From an uncultured Coriobacteriia bacterium (lineage in GTDB: Bacteria > Actinomycetota > Coriobacteriia > Anaerosomatales > PHET01): a stretch of 64,000 nt of DNA. Location of the stretch: NCBI GenBank assembly GCA_942493275.1, contig OW818687.1, forward strand, positions 1,223,211-1,287,210, given 5' to 3'. Below are positions 56,301 to 64,000 of this stretch, in pieces. Each line of letters begins with the position of its first letter. Position 1 is the first letter of the stretch. Both the position numbers and the translations under genes were made by a program. Under the pieces are notes generated by a model, which was given only the letters and a program-made list of their open reading frames with translations, had not been told where the DNA came from and made no database searches.

Positions 56301-56665
56301 CGGCCGACATGGCTGCGATGCTCGCGACGATCGGCGCGGGGTCGGCGGAGTTCGACGGGCTGCAGCCCGCTGACGTCGCGACCGTGCTGACGTTCGACAA
56401 GCGCAGCGCCCCGAGGGTGAAGGCGCGTGCGGAGTTCCTCGCGTTCTGGCTCAACTGCTCGTCGGGCAAGTTGGGCTGGAGCACGCTCGTGGACGTCTCA
56501 GACGTCGCGAACCACGATGCGGTCATCACTGCCGGTGAGGATCACACGACCACCGTCATCGGCTTCCTCAAAGACGTGGAGGATGCGTTCATCGCCAATG
56601 TCGAAAGCCTGTGGAGTACGGTGCAGGCACTGCTCGAGAGTCTGAACACGGGGCGCTCCACCTGA
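53342..56665 (+). CDS. Large secreted protein with 7-8 SdrD-B/Cna-B-like Ca-binding repeats
   Basis: Signal peptide (...PTSAGA/AW). Repeated D-x-D-x-DG...GE.G..G..V.L....G.....T.T...G.Y.F motifs. No LPXTG or TM anchor at the C-terminus. Confidence 0.8.
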   Translation: MSQTRAALTVWSRMGRSAVIAVLILTFVPFAPTSAGAAWPADDAGYPGTPEADIVYGGVWSRAEVMGSIEEYRSYGFDENFAYYSADTVEVVQLAEARAWASNAPMNSTSFLLDGRWWTYVNRLFAVGGTFRSYSNGDSFIAKVSGAHTNHAHNPSPPKILGVKYLDTDLDGVKDLGEAGVSGWRIDLYLAGTLRASTYTNASGAYEFVIDGRAGLPPGTYRVVEEERADWRSTSPTSRFVTIAEGPSSAGRSFGGNNFSGIRLGSIEGFAWSDTNGDGAYAISEPKLAGITLRASMNGTVVAETLTDGSGAYALRLDPGTYQIEQVLRSGWFRTFPVAVPYQTKTLASGAVIRNVNFGSMELAGITPLKVSDLDVDGTWDEGEPLLAGWAMTLASGSGTPYSAPLVTAAVLESAPSWVDLRPGAYVVTPEQRAGWTPAPAQSLSVTSGQHVTLTFMGAELGRIGGEVFEDLDLDGAHDAGEAGIAGWTVELVREGVVVESATSGADGTYDFADVGFGEYVVREAPQSAWMPTVSESSTVTVVPGAQLHVEFGNVQVGDIAGVRVEDVDGDGVAEAGEPPAAGLAVTLSRADGTTVGAPVLTDAEGAYAFNDVPIGDYVLTGEPQDGWYSSAGPTREVTVEAGICCEPEPILDVRYASISGSAFSDADVDDVRDASAEETGLVGWDVALLREAGEGAWSVETTIATCDVGAFCFDRLRPGHYRVELSSAEGWQATCAPTGEFEVLSGGVVEGLEFGAVHLCGLDIAAYDDTDGDGMRDEGEAPVSGRAFEVTGVCVEGTPIEVTVFTDETGVARLDGLLPCDVSVSEALPELRLAPDGSVVEPGWRTTTPDVGSVTIGCGCTQTMAFGSLEYGWIEGRVTHEVYGSGVGGVEVVLEETGETAITDAGGVYRFYRVDPNGTAVCPAAAYLVGMELAGSQWQTSGVFGSVVVVAEGAAGSADFSVFEEGYGNQPSTVSYWKKWDRDYTAADMAAMLATIGAGSAEFDGLQPADVATVLTFDKRSAPRVKARAEFLAFWLNCSSGKLGWSTLVDVSDVANHDAVITAGEDHTTTVIGFLKDVEDAFIANVESLWSTVQALLESLNTGRST

Positions 56666-56729
56666 GCGCGGTGCCCCGTACACGGGTGACCGCGACGGAA
56701 GGCGCGCGCCCTTCGGGTACCTTGGATGC

Positions 56730-58748
56730 ATGACCATCAGAACCGAGTTCCCACATACCTTCACCGAGATCCAGCACCAGTGGATCCCGCTCTCCGACGG
56801 GGCCCGGCTGTCGGCGCGCATCTGGCTGCCCGATGACGCCGCCGAGACCCCGGTGCCCGCAGTCCTCGAGTACGTGCCGTACCGCAAGGACGACATGTAC
56901 GCTCGCCAGGACTCCACCCGGCACCGCTACTTCGCCGGGTTCGGCTACGCGGCGGTGCGCGTCGACCTGCGCGGTTCGGGGGACTCTGACGGCGTGCTTC
57001 TCGGCGAGTACCTGCGGCAGGAGCACGACGATGCGCTCGAGGTGATTGCCTGGCTCGCCGAGCAGCCCTGGTGCAGCGGAGCGGTGGGGATGATCGGCTA
57101 CTCGTGGGGCGGGTTCAACGGGCTGCAGATCGCGGCGCGGCGCCCGCCGGCGCTCAAGGCCGTCATCAGCCTCCACTCGACCGACGACCGCTACCTCGAC
57201 GACTGCCACTATCAGGGCGGCGTGCTGCTCGGCTCCGACATGCTCAAGTGGGCGACGTGGATGCGCGCCTACACCGCCGTTCCCGCGGACCCGCGTTTCG
57301 TCGAGGACTGGCGGGAGGGGTGGCTCGAGCGGCTCGAGCGGACTCCGCACTACATCGAGGACTGGGTTTTGCACCAGCTGCGCGACGCATTCTGGAAGCA
57401 CGGTTCGATCGCCGAGGACTACTCGGCGGTGGAGGCGGCCGTGCTGCTGGGCGGCGGGTGGGCGGACTCCTACACCAACGCGGTTCCCCGGATGCTGGAG
57501 AACCTGACCTGTCCGCGCGCCGGCATCATCGGCCCGTGGGCGCACGCGTTTCCCGAGCAGGCGATGCCGGGACCCCGCATCGGGTTCCTCCAAGAGTGCG
57601 TGTCGTGGTGGGACCGCTGGCTCAAAGGCATCGACAACGGGGCCGACCGACTCCCGCTTCTGCGCGCGTGGATGCAGGAGTCCGCGCCCCCCTCGCGCGA
57701 CCATAGCGAGCGGCCCGGCAGGTGGGTCACCGCGCGGACCTGGCCGCCGCATGATGTCTCGGCCCGCGCGTTCGAGCTCTCGGCCGACGGCTCGCTGGCC
57801 GAGCCGGGGCAGGGGGTCGAGGGCGTTCGCGAGATCGGCAGTGACACGTGGTGCGGGGCCGCGGCGGGCGTGTGGTGTCCCAGCGGCAACGACGCCGAGA
57901 TGCCCGACGACCAGCGCGACGAGGACGCTCGCTCGCTGTGCTTCGACACCGCTCCGCTCGTCGAGCGGGTGGAGGTGCTCGGCAGGCCGCGCGTCGTGCT
58001 GACGCTGTCGGCGGACGCCGAACTCGCCACCGTGGCTGTGCGCCTGTGCGACGTGGCTCCGGACGGCACGTCGGCGCTGCTGACGTGGAACCAGGCGAAC
58101 CTCGCGCACGACTCCGCGCACGAGACGGTGGTGCCGGTGACGCCCGGTGAGCCGATGCGCGTCGAGATCGACCTCAACGTCATCGGGCAGGCCGTCGAGG
58201 CGGGTCACCGGCTCCGGCTGGCGGTCTCGCCGATGTACTGGCCGCACGCGTGGCCGTCACCGACGCCGGTGACGCTGGCGGTGCATGCGGGTGCGAAGAG
58301 CACGCTCACGCTGCCGGTCTTCTCGGAAGAGGGGGGAGAGGCGGCGGTCGTGTTCGGGGAGCCGGAGACCGCCGAGCCGCTCGCCTACGCCGAGGGCCCG
58401 GTCGGCTCGCGTACGCGCGTGGTCACACGAGACGAGCCGAGCGGGCTGCAGGTCATCGAGGACCGCGAGATGCACGAAGGGCGCATCGCCGAGTCGGGCA
58501 CGCGGCATCTGGAGGCGGCGGTCGACCGGTACGAAATCGTCGCGGGCGATCCGCTCTCGGCGCGCGTTCACTGCGAGCGCAAGTTCGAGCTCGAGCGTGA
58601 GGGCTGGGACGTGCGTGTGGTGGTGTCGAGCGAGATGTGGTGCGACGCCGCGAACTTCTACGTGCTCGACGTGCTTGAGGCCTACGACGAGGGCGAGCAG
58701 ATCTTCCAGCACCATCGGACCCTCGAGATTCCGCGCCAAGGCGGCTAG
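56730..58748 (+). CDS. CocE/NonD-family (S15 X-Pro dipeptidyl-peptidase-like) hydrolase
   Basis: PVPAVLEYVPYRK...DLRGSGDSDG...GYSWGG (nucleophile elbow). C-terminal beta-sandwich domain. Confidence 0.88.
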   Translation: MTIRTEFPHTFTEIQHQWIPLSDGARLSARIWLPDDAAETPVPAVLEYVPYRKDDMYARQDSTRHRYFAGFGYAAVRVDLRGSGDSDGVLLGEYLRQEHDDALEVIAWLAEQPWCSGAVGMIGYSWGGFNGLQIAARRPPALKAVISLHSTDDRYLDDCHYQGGVLLGSDMLKWATWMRAYTAVPADPRFVEDWREGWLERLERTPHYIEDWVLHQLRDAFWKHGSIAEDYSAVEAAVLLGGGWADSYTNAVPRMLENLTCPRAGIIGPWAHAFPEQAMPGPRIGFLQECVSWWDRWLKGIDNGADRLPLLRAWMQESAPPSRDHSERPGRWVTARTWPPHDVSARAFELSADGSLAEPGQGVEGVREIGSDTWCGAAAGVWCPSGNDAEMPDDQRDEDARSLCFDTAPLVERVEVLGRPRVVLTLSADAELATVAVRLCDVAPDGTSALLTWNQANLAHDSAHETVVPVTPGEPMRVEIDLNVIGQAVEAGHRLRLAVSPMYWPHAWPSPTPVTLAVHAGAKSTLTLPVFSEEGGEAAVVFGEPETAEPLAYAEGPVGSRTRVVTRDEPSGLQVIEDREMHEGRIAESGTRHLEAAVDRYEIVAGDPLSARVHCERKFELEREGWDVRVVVSSEMWCDAANFYVLDVLEAYDEGEQIFQHHRTLEIPRQGG

Positions 58749-59146
58749 ATCCGGCAGGCCGAGTGCTCCGGATCGCACGTGGGCAGACGCAGGATGTAGA
58801 TGCTGACGGCGAGCGCGATCGCCGCAACCGCGAGGTCGGCGACGAGCAGCGGGATGAAGAGCACGACCGAGAGCGTCACGCTCGCCCACAACGTCGTGAG
58901 CGCGACAGCCTTGGTTCGGGCTCGCAGGCCCCTACCCGCCAGGTAGTCCTCGACGTGGTGGCCGAAGAGCGGGTGCCCGATGAGCCAGGCGTGGATCCGC
59001 TCGGAGCTGCGCATGAAGCACGCGGCTGCCAGGAGGACGAACGGCGCGGTCGGCAGCACGGGAACCACAAGGCCGACCGCTCCCAGTCCCAATGAGAGCC
59101 AGCCGAGCCCGAGCAGTCCGTATCGGAGGGGTTTCGCGCGTACCAT
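58745..59146 (-). CDS. DUF454 (YbaN-like) inner membrane protein
   Basis: GLVVPVLPTAPFVLLAAACF.RSS.R...WL motif. Confidence 0.8.
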   Translation of the reverse strand: MVRAKPLRYGLLGLGWLSLGLGAVGLVVPVLPTAPFVLLAAACFMRSSERIHAWLIGHPLFGHHVEDYLAGRGLRARTKAVALTTLWASVTLSVVLFIPLLVADLAVAAIALAVSIYILRLPTCDPEHSACRI

Positions 59147-59267
59147 GCGCCGAGAGTAGACCGTCCGTGCGGCGATGTCCTTGACCCGGGTCAAGTCCGG
59201 GCACACGGCCGCCCCGGCTCGCGTATCGATGCCGGGGCGGGTGTGACACGGGCCGCTTGACGGGCGG

Positions 59268-59756
59268 CTACTTCACGACGATTGCTCGGGCGGTCATCAC
59301 GCCGTCAGCCTCGGGCTCGGCGAACACCAAGACCTCGGCACCCTCGGAGAGGGTCCCTGTCGAGCCCTCGGCCACCGCCTTCACGGTGTCGGCGTCGACG
59401 TAGACGACGGTCGAGCCGCCGCCGGTGAGCGCCACGGTGACCTCCTCGCCGGAGATCGCCGCCACGGTGCCTTCGAGCGTGCCCGGACCGCCACGGCGGC
59501 CTGCGGTCGCGCCGTCGGCGCCCGGCATACCGCCCGGGCCGCCGGCCGGCATGTCGATGCCCTTATCCTCGAAGAACGCCTGGCGCTCCTCGTCCGACAT
59601 CGACTGCAGCTCCTGGCGCTCGGATGCGCTCAGCTCGGCGAAGCCTCCGCCGGGTCCGCCGGGGCCGGCGGCCTGGCCACCGGCGAACAGCGTCCCTCCC
59701 CAGAAGGCGGCGGCGAGCAAAACCACCACCCCCAGCGTGATCAGTGCGTACTTCAT
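59268..59756 (-). CDS. Membrane-anchored secreted protein with a Gly/Pro-rich linker and a C-terminal beta domain
   Basis: N-terminal TM helix. GTVAAISGEEVTVAL...VYVDADT...V.. (DUF5666-like pattern, recognised by motif only). Confidence 0.55.
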   Translation of the reverse strand: MKYALITLGVVVLLAAAFWGGTLFAGGQAAGPGGPGGGFAELSASERQELQSMSDEERQAFFEDKGIDMPAGGPGGMPGADGATAGRRGGPGTLEGTVAAISGEEVTVALTGGGSTVVYVDADTVKAVAEGSTGTLSEGAEVLVFAEPEADGVMTARAIVVK

Positions 59757-59795
59757 GCGTCACTCCCTTCGCGCCGTCGCGGGACGGCAGTCCGA

Positions 59796-61019
59796 TTACT
59801 GGTACCTGAGCGCCTCGATCGGGCTCATCCGAGCCGCCCGACGCGCGGGATAGAAGCCGAACACCACTCCGATGCCTGCCGAGACGCCCGTCGCCAGCAC
59901 GATCGAGGTGAGCGAGACCACGGCGGGCCCGCCGATGAGCGCGGGCGCGACCAGGGACGCGACCCCCCAGCCGAGCGCGATGCCGACGACGCCGCCCACG
60001 AGCGTGAGGACCACGGACTCGGCGAGGAACTGCGCCGTGATCGCGCTCTCGTCGGCGCCGAGCGCCTTACGCAGGCCGATCTCTCGCGTCCGCTCGGTGA
60101 CGGTGGTGAGCATCATGTTCATGATTCCGATGCCGCCGACTACCAGAGAGATACTCGCGATAGCCGCGAGCAACGCGGTCATGACGCCGGTGACCTGGGT
60201 GATTGAATCGAGCAGGTCGGTCATGTTGTTGATTTGGAAGTCCGCGAGCGACTCGTCGCCGATCTGATGAAGATCGAGAAGCGTGCTCGTCACGTTCTCC
60301 TCGGCTTCATCCACGCGTTCGCTGTCCGAGACGAGCACCTGGATGGTCGACACGTACTCGGTGGCCGAGATGAAGCGCTGGTGAGTCGACAGCGGGATGA
60401 AGGCGGCGTCGTCCACGCTGGTGAAGCCGGAGGCACCCTTCTCCTCGAGCACGCCGACCACCGTGAGCAGCATGCTTCCCGCGCGTATGCGCTCGCCCAG
60501 CGGGTCGACGCCTGTCCCGAACAGGTCCTCGGCTGCCGCCGATCCCAGCACGACCACGCGTCCGTAGCTCGCGTCGTCCTTCTCGGTGATGAAGGCCCCG
60601 CTGGCGAGCTCGAGGTCGTTGACCTCGGCGTAGGTGTCGGTGACGCCGATGAGCTGGGTGTTGATGTCGAGCGAGCCCGCGATCAGCTGCGAAAATCCGG
60701 AGTTCTGCGCGGCGGTCGCCTGCACGAGGTCGACGCTCTGGAGCTCCTCTGCGTCTTCGCGGGTCAGCGACTCGACCTGGCTGCCGCCCATGCGCGGGCC
60801 GCCGCCGGAGCTGTTGGGGTCGCTCGGACGGACCGTGAGGATGTTCGTGCCGGCCGACTCGATGCTGCTCGTGATGGATGCCTGGCTGCCGCCGCCGATT
60901 CCGAGCATCGCGATGACCGACGCGATGCCCACGACGATGCCAAGGATGGTGAGCCCGCTTCGAACCTTGTTCGACGCGAGTGAGTGGAACGTCTCGGCCA
61001 TCAGATCGCTGAAGTTCAT
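59796..61019 (-). CDS. ABC transporter permease, MacB/FtsX type
   Basis: MacB-like periplasmic domain between TM1 and TM2. FtsX-type C-terminus (REIGLRKALGA). Confidence 0.9.
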   Translation of the reverse strand: MNFSDLMAETFHSLASNKVRSGLTILGIVVGIASVIAMLGIGGGSQASITSSIESAGTNILTVRPSDPNSSGGGPRMGGSQVESLTREDAEELQSVDLVQATAAQNSGFSQLIAGSLDINTQLIGVTDTYAEVNDLELASGAFITEKDDASYGRVVVLGSAAAEDLFGTGVDPLGERIRAGSMLLTVVGVLEEKGASGFTSVDDAAFIPLSTHQRFISATEYVSTIQVLVSDSERVDEAEENVTSTLLDLHQIGDESLADFQINNMTDLLDSITQVTGVMTALLAAIASISLVVGGIGIMNMMLTTVTERTREIGLRKALGADESAITAQFLAESVVLTLVGGVVGIALGWGVASLVAPALIGGPAVVSLTSIVLATGVSAGIGVVFGFYPARRAARMSPIEALRYQ

Positions 61020-61705
61020 GCGGCCTCGACCTCCTCGTGCGCGAGCCCGTCCTGGATGCGGATGGTGCGGTGCGCATAGGCGGCGATGTTGGCCTCGTGC
61101 GTGATCAGGACAATGGTGCGGCCTTCTTCGTTGAGCCGCCGGAAGAGGTCCATGATCGCCTCACCCGTTGCGGTGTCGAGGTTGCCGGTGGGCTCATCGG
61201 CGAGGATGAGCGAGGGATTGTTGACGAGCGATCGGGCAACGGCGACGCGCTGCATCTGGCCGCCGGAGAGCTCGTTGGACTTGTGCGTCCACAACGTCTC
61301 GGGAAGCGCTACGGAGTCGAGCGCCCGGGACGCGCGCTCGATGCGCTCGTCGGGATCCACGCGGGTGTAGAGCATCGGCATCGCGACGTTGCGCATGACG
61401 GTGGCGCGCGGCAGCAGGTTGAACGACTGGAACACGAACCCGACCTGCTCTCGGCGCACTTGCGCGAGCTCCCAGCTGTCGAGTTCGGAGACGTCGCGTC
61501 CGGCGATGCGGTAGATGCCGGATGTCGGCGTGTCGAGCAGCCCGATGATGTTCATCAGCGTGGACTTGCCCGAGCCGCTCGGCCCCATGATCGCGACGAA
61601 CTCGCCCGCCTCGACCCGAAGGCTCACGCCGCGCAGCGCATGCGTCTCGGCGCCGGCTCCGTCGTAGACCTTGTGTAGGTCGATGGCCTCGATGACGGTG
61701 GTCAT
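61016..61705 (-). CDS. ABC transporter ATP-binding protein (MacB/LolD-like)
   Basis: Walker A GPSGSGKST, signature LSGGQMQR, Walker B LILADEPT. Confidence 0.93.
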   Translation of the reverse strand: MTTVIEAIDLHKVYDGAGAETHALRGVSLRVEAGEFVAIMGPSGSGKSTLMNIIGLLDTPTSGIYRIAGRDVSELDSWELAQVRREQVGFVFQSFNLLPRATVMRNVAMPMLYTRVDPDERIERASRALDSVALPETLWTHKSNELSGGQMQRVAVARSLVNNPSLILADEPTGNLDTATGEAIMDLFRRLNEEGRTIVLITHEANIAAYAHRTIRIQDGLAHEEVEAA

Positions 61706-62985
61706 CAGCGACCACCGCCGCCCATCGGCGGCATCATGGAGCCGCCCCCGATGCCGCCCCCGGAGTCCTCTTCCTCGTCCGAGGAGTCGGTCGTCTTGGT
61801 CACTACCAGGGTGCCGGTCGCGATCCCGCTCTCGATGACGGTCTGGCTGGAACCCTCGAGGCCGGTGGTGACGTACACCTGGCGGGGAGCCGCCGAGCCT
61901 GCATCGAGTACCTGCACGTAGGGGCCGTCGTCGTCGCTCTTGATCGCCGAGTTGGAGACGAGGAGCACGTCGCGGGCGACGTCGGTCACGATGGTCACCG
62001 AGGCCGACATACCGCTCTTGAGCTGTTCGTCGTCAACGTCGAGCGAGATCCAGACGTCGTAGGACACGACGCCCTGCTCCACGGTGCCGGTCTTGCCGAT
62101 CTCGTCCACCTTGCCGGTGAGCGCAAGATCGGGCAGGGCGTCGAAGGCGATGTCGACACGCTGTCCCGTTTCGAGCGCAGGCAGGTCGACCTCATTGACG
62201 GTGAGGCTTACCGCGAGCTCCCCGTCTCGCGCGATGGTGACCGGCGCCGAGCTCGACGACGTGGTCGCCGCCGCGGCGGTGGTGCCGCCCGAGGACGATG
62301 AGCCCCCGGTGCCGCTCGTACTGTCGCCCGCCTCGGCGCTGACATCCCAGACGATGCCCGCGACCGGCGCCTCGACCACGAGGTCCGACTCGGCCTCCTT
62401 GGCTTGGTTGTAGGCGGTCTTGGCGCTCGCGCACTGCGCGTTGGCAGAGGTCAGCCCCTGCTTGGCGGCGGTCACGTCCCGCTCCGCCGCGGTGATGTCG
62501 GAGTCGGCGACCTTCTCCTGGCTCGGGGTCGCACTCGCGGGTTTCGAGGCCTGCTCGTCTTGGAGCGCCTCGAGCTCGTCGACATTGGCCTCGGCCTTGT
62601 AGACCGCGTTCTTGGCCTGGGTCACACCCTGCAGCGACTGCAGATAGCTCGAGTAGGCCTTCTCGGTCGCGGCCTTCGCGTCGTCCGCGTCGAGCGTGTA
62701 GAGCGTGTCGCCGGCTTCGACCACGTCACCTTCTTCGGCCTCGATCGTGGCGATCGTCCCCGCGCTTGCGGGGGTCGCCTCGACCAGGTCGCGTACTGCG
62801 AGGTTGCCGGTGCCCGCGACCGTCACCGAGAGCGTGCCCTCCTCGGCGGACTCGGTCGTGTAGGTCGTCTCGGCGACAGGCTCCTGCGTCGACTTGTAGG
62901 CCGCGAAGGCCGTACCTGCGACGACTATGAGCGCCGCGAGGGCGATCCATCCCCTGTAGCGCCGGAACCACTTCGATCGTGCCAT
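61705..62985 (-). CDS. Efflux periplasmic adaptor (HlyD/MacA-like)
   Basis: N-terminal TM helix, lipoyl-like barrel, coiled-coil hairpin, and Ser/Gly-rich insertions. Confidence 0.85.
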   Translation of the reverse strand: MARSKWFRRYRGWIALAALIVVAGTAFAAYKSTQEPVAETTYTTESAEEGTLSVTVAGTGNLAVRDLVEATPASAGTIATIEAEEGDVVEAGDTLYTLDADDAKAATEKAYSSYLQSLQGVTQAKNAVYKAEANVDELEALQDEQASKPASATPSQEKVADSDITAAERDVTAAKQGLTSANAQCASAKTAYNQAKEAESDLVVEAPVAGIVWDVSAEAGDSTSGTGGSSSSGGTTAAAATTSSSSAPVTIARDGELAVSLTVNEVDLPALETGQRVDIAFDALPDLALTGKVDEIGKTGTVEQGVVSYDVWISLDVDDEQLKSGMSASVTIVTDVARDVLLVSNSAIKSDDDGPYVQVLDAGSAAPRQVYVTTGLEGSSQTVIESGIATGTLVVTKTTDSSDEEEDSGGGIGGGSMMPPMGGGGR

Positions 62986-63095
62986 CTTCCACCTCCGCTG
63001 GAATCTTTCAGTGAGTCCAACGTAGAGCGGAGCGGGGCGCGGCGCGTCGGGCGCCGGGTGGCACTTGGAGTACTACCTGGGGAGTACGACAGCCG

Positions 63096-63770
63096 CTAGA
63101 TGTCGGCTCCCGGTCCCGGCACGACGAGGCCGGTCTCGTAAGCCATGACGACCAGCTGGGCGCGATCGCGAGCCTGGAGCTTCATCATCACGCGCGAGAC
63201 GTGGGTCTTGGCGGTCGCCGGCGAGATGAACAGCTTGGTGGCGATCTCGTCGTTCGAGAGGCCCTGCGCGACGAGCGAGAGTACCTCGCGCTCGCGCTCG
63301 GTGAGCACGTCGAGTGTCTCGGGGTGGGCCTGCCGTATCTCGGGGCGCGATGCGAACTCGTTGATGAGCCGCCGGGTGACGCCGGGCGCGAGAAGCGCTC
63401 CACCCGCAGCGACGACCCTGACTGCCTCGATGAGCTGAGCCGCGTCGGTGTCTTTGAGCAGGAATCCGCTGGAGCCGGAGCGCAGGGCTTCGTAGACGTA
63501 CTCGTCGAGGTCGAAGGTCGTGAGCACGATGACTCGCGTGGTGTCGCCGTGGGCGCTGAGAATCCGCCGGGTCGCCTCGAGGCCGTCCATCACCGGCATG
63601 CGTATGTCCATGAGCACGACGTCGGGAAGCAGCTCGGCGGCCAGGGTGACGGCCTGCTCGCCGTTCTCGGCCTCGCCCGCGACTTCAATGTCGCCGGCGG
63701 TCTCGAGCAGCACCTTGAAGCCGGCGCGGACGAGCGACTGGTCGTCGACGATCAGCGTCCGGATCGTCAC
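63096..63770 (-). CDS. NarL/LuxR-family response regulator
   Basis: REC region (LIVDDQ...DVVLMDIRMP) plus LuxR HTH (LTEREREVLSLVAQGLSNDEIA). Confidence 0.93.
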   Translation of the reverse strand: MTIRTLIVDDQSLVRAGFKVLLETAGDIEVAGEAENGEQAVTLAAELLPDVVLMDIRMPVMDGLEATRRILSAHGDTTRVIVLTTFDLDEYVYEALRSGSSGFLLKDTDAAQLIEAVRVVAAGGALLAPGVTRRLINEFASRPEIRQAHPETLDVLTEREREVLSLVAQGLSNDEIATKLFISPATAKTHVSRVMMKLQARDRAQLVVMAYETGLVVPGPGADI

Positions 63771-64000
63771 GACGCACCTCCTGACAGCGGGATGACCGCG
63801 TGGACCCGGAAGCCGCCTTCGGACGAGGGGCCTGCCTCGAAATGGCCGCCGAGCGCCTCTACGCGCTCGCGCATGCCCTTGATGCCGAGCCCGGTCTCGC
63901 CGCCGGATGGGCCCGCGCCGTCGTCGGTCACGGAAACGGTGACGCGAGAGGCGTCGACCTTCACGGCCATGTCGACCGTCGAGGCACCGGCGTGTCGCAC
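63767..64000 (-). CDS. Sensor histidine kinase, C-terminal HATPase fragment (continues beyond window)
   Basis: DDGAG...GLGIKGMRERV..LGG motif. GTGA overlap with the response regulator start. Confidence 0.85.
   Translation of the reverse strand: MRHAGASTVDMAVKVDASRVTVSVTDDGAGPSGGETGLGIKGMRERVEALGGHFEAGPSSEGGFRVHAVIPLSGGAS

Overview
This is a very GC-rich, gene-dense stretch of bacterial chromosome. Codon third positions are strongly G/C, and almost every real gene carries long Arg/Pro/Ala-rich shadow ORFs on the opposite strand. The style is that of a high-GC Actinomycetota-like genome. I infer an anaerobic or microaerophilic lifestyle from rubrerythrin, a radical SAM/SPASM enzyme, CDGSH Fe-S and flavodoxin-like proteins. 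I call about 75 CDS. Recognisable housekeeping genes are a 5'-truncated Cu+ P-type ATPase, hisG, panD, psuK-psuG, purB, a cysteine-synthase-family enzyme, cspA, and FKBP and parvulin PPIases. They sit among many regulators (2 LysR, 2 TetR, MarR, a NarL-type two-component pair, a REC-PAS protein, a GGDEF/HD-GYP enzyme), exporters (2 EamA, LysE, AzlCD, a MacAB-like ABC system with adaptor) and numerous small membrane proteins. I saw no rRNA, tRNA, CRISPR array, transposase, integrase, phage gene or recognisable defence system, but tRNA/ncRNA absence rests on eye inspection only. No single obvious novel system stands out. The best leads are: (a) a TetR gene and a downstream cluster of tiny membrane proteins plus an ICMT-family methyltransferase, marked by three copies of a GGAAAC-N14-GTTTCC palindrome; (b) two tandem, internally duplicated lipoproteins directly behind copA; (c) an orphan radical SAM/SPASM enzyme with a structured leader and no visible substrate gene; (d) a divergent DUF2239/DUF2277 pair around AT-rich direct repeats; (e) a LysR-divergent 32-codon hydrophobic micro-ORF followed by two perfect hairpins; (f) a terminator-like hairpin in the panD leader opposite an ATP-grasp ligase; (g) a 1107-aa secreted protein with 7-8 Ca-binding SdrD-B/Cna-B-like repeats and unassigned terminal domains. 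All functional calls come from motif recognition in the supplied translations, and no database search was run.
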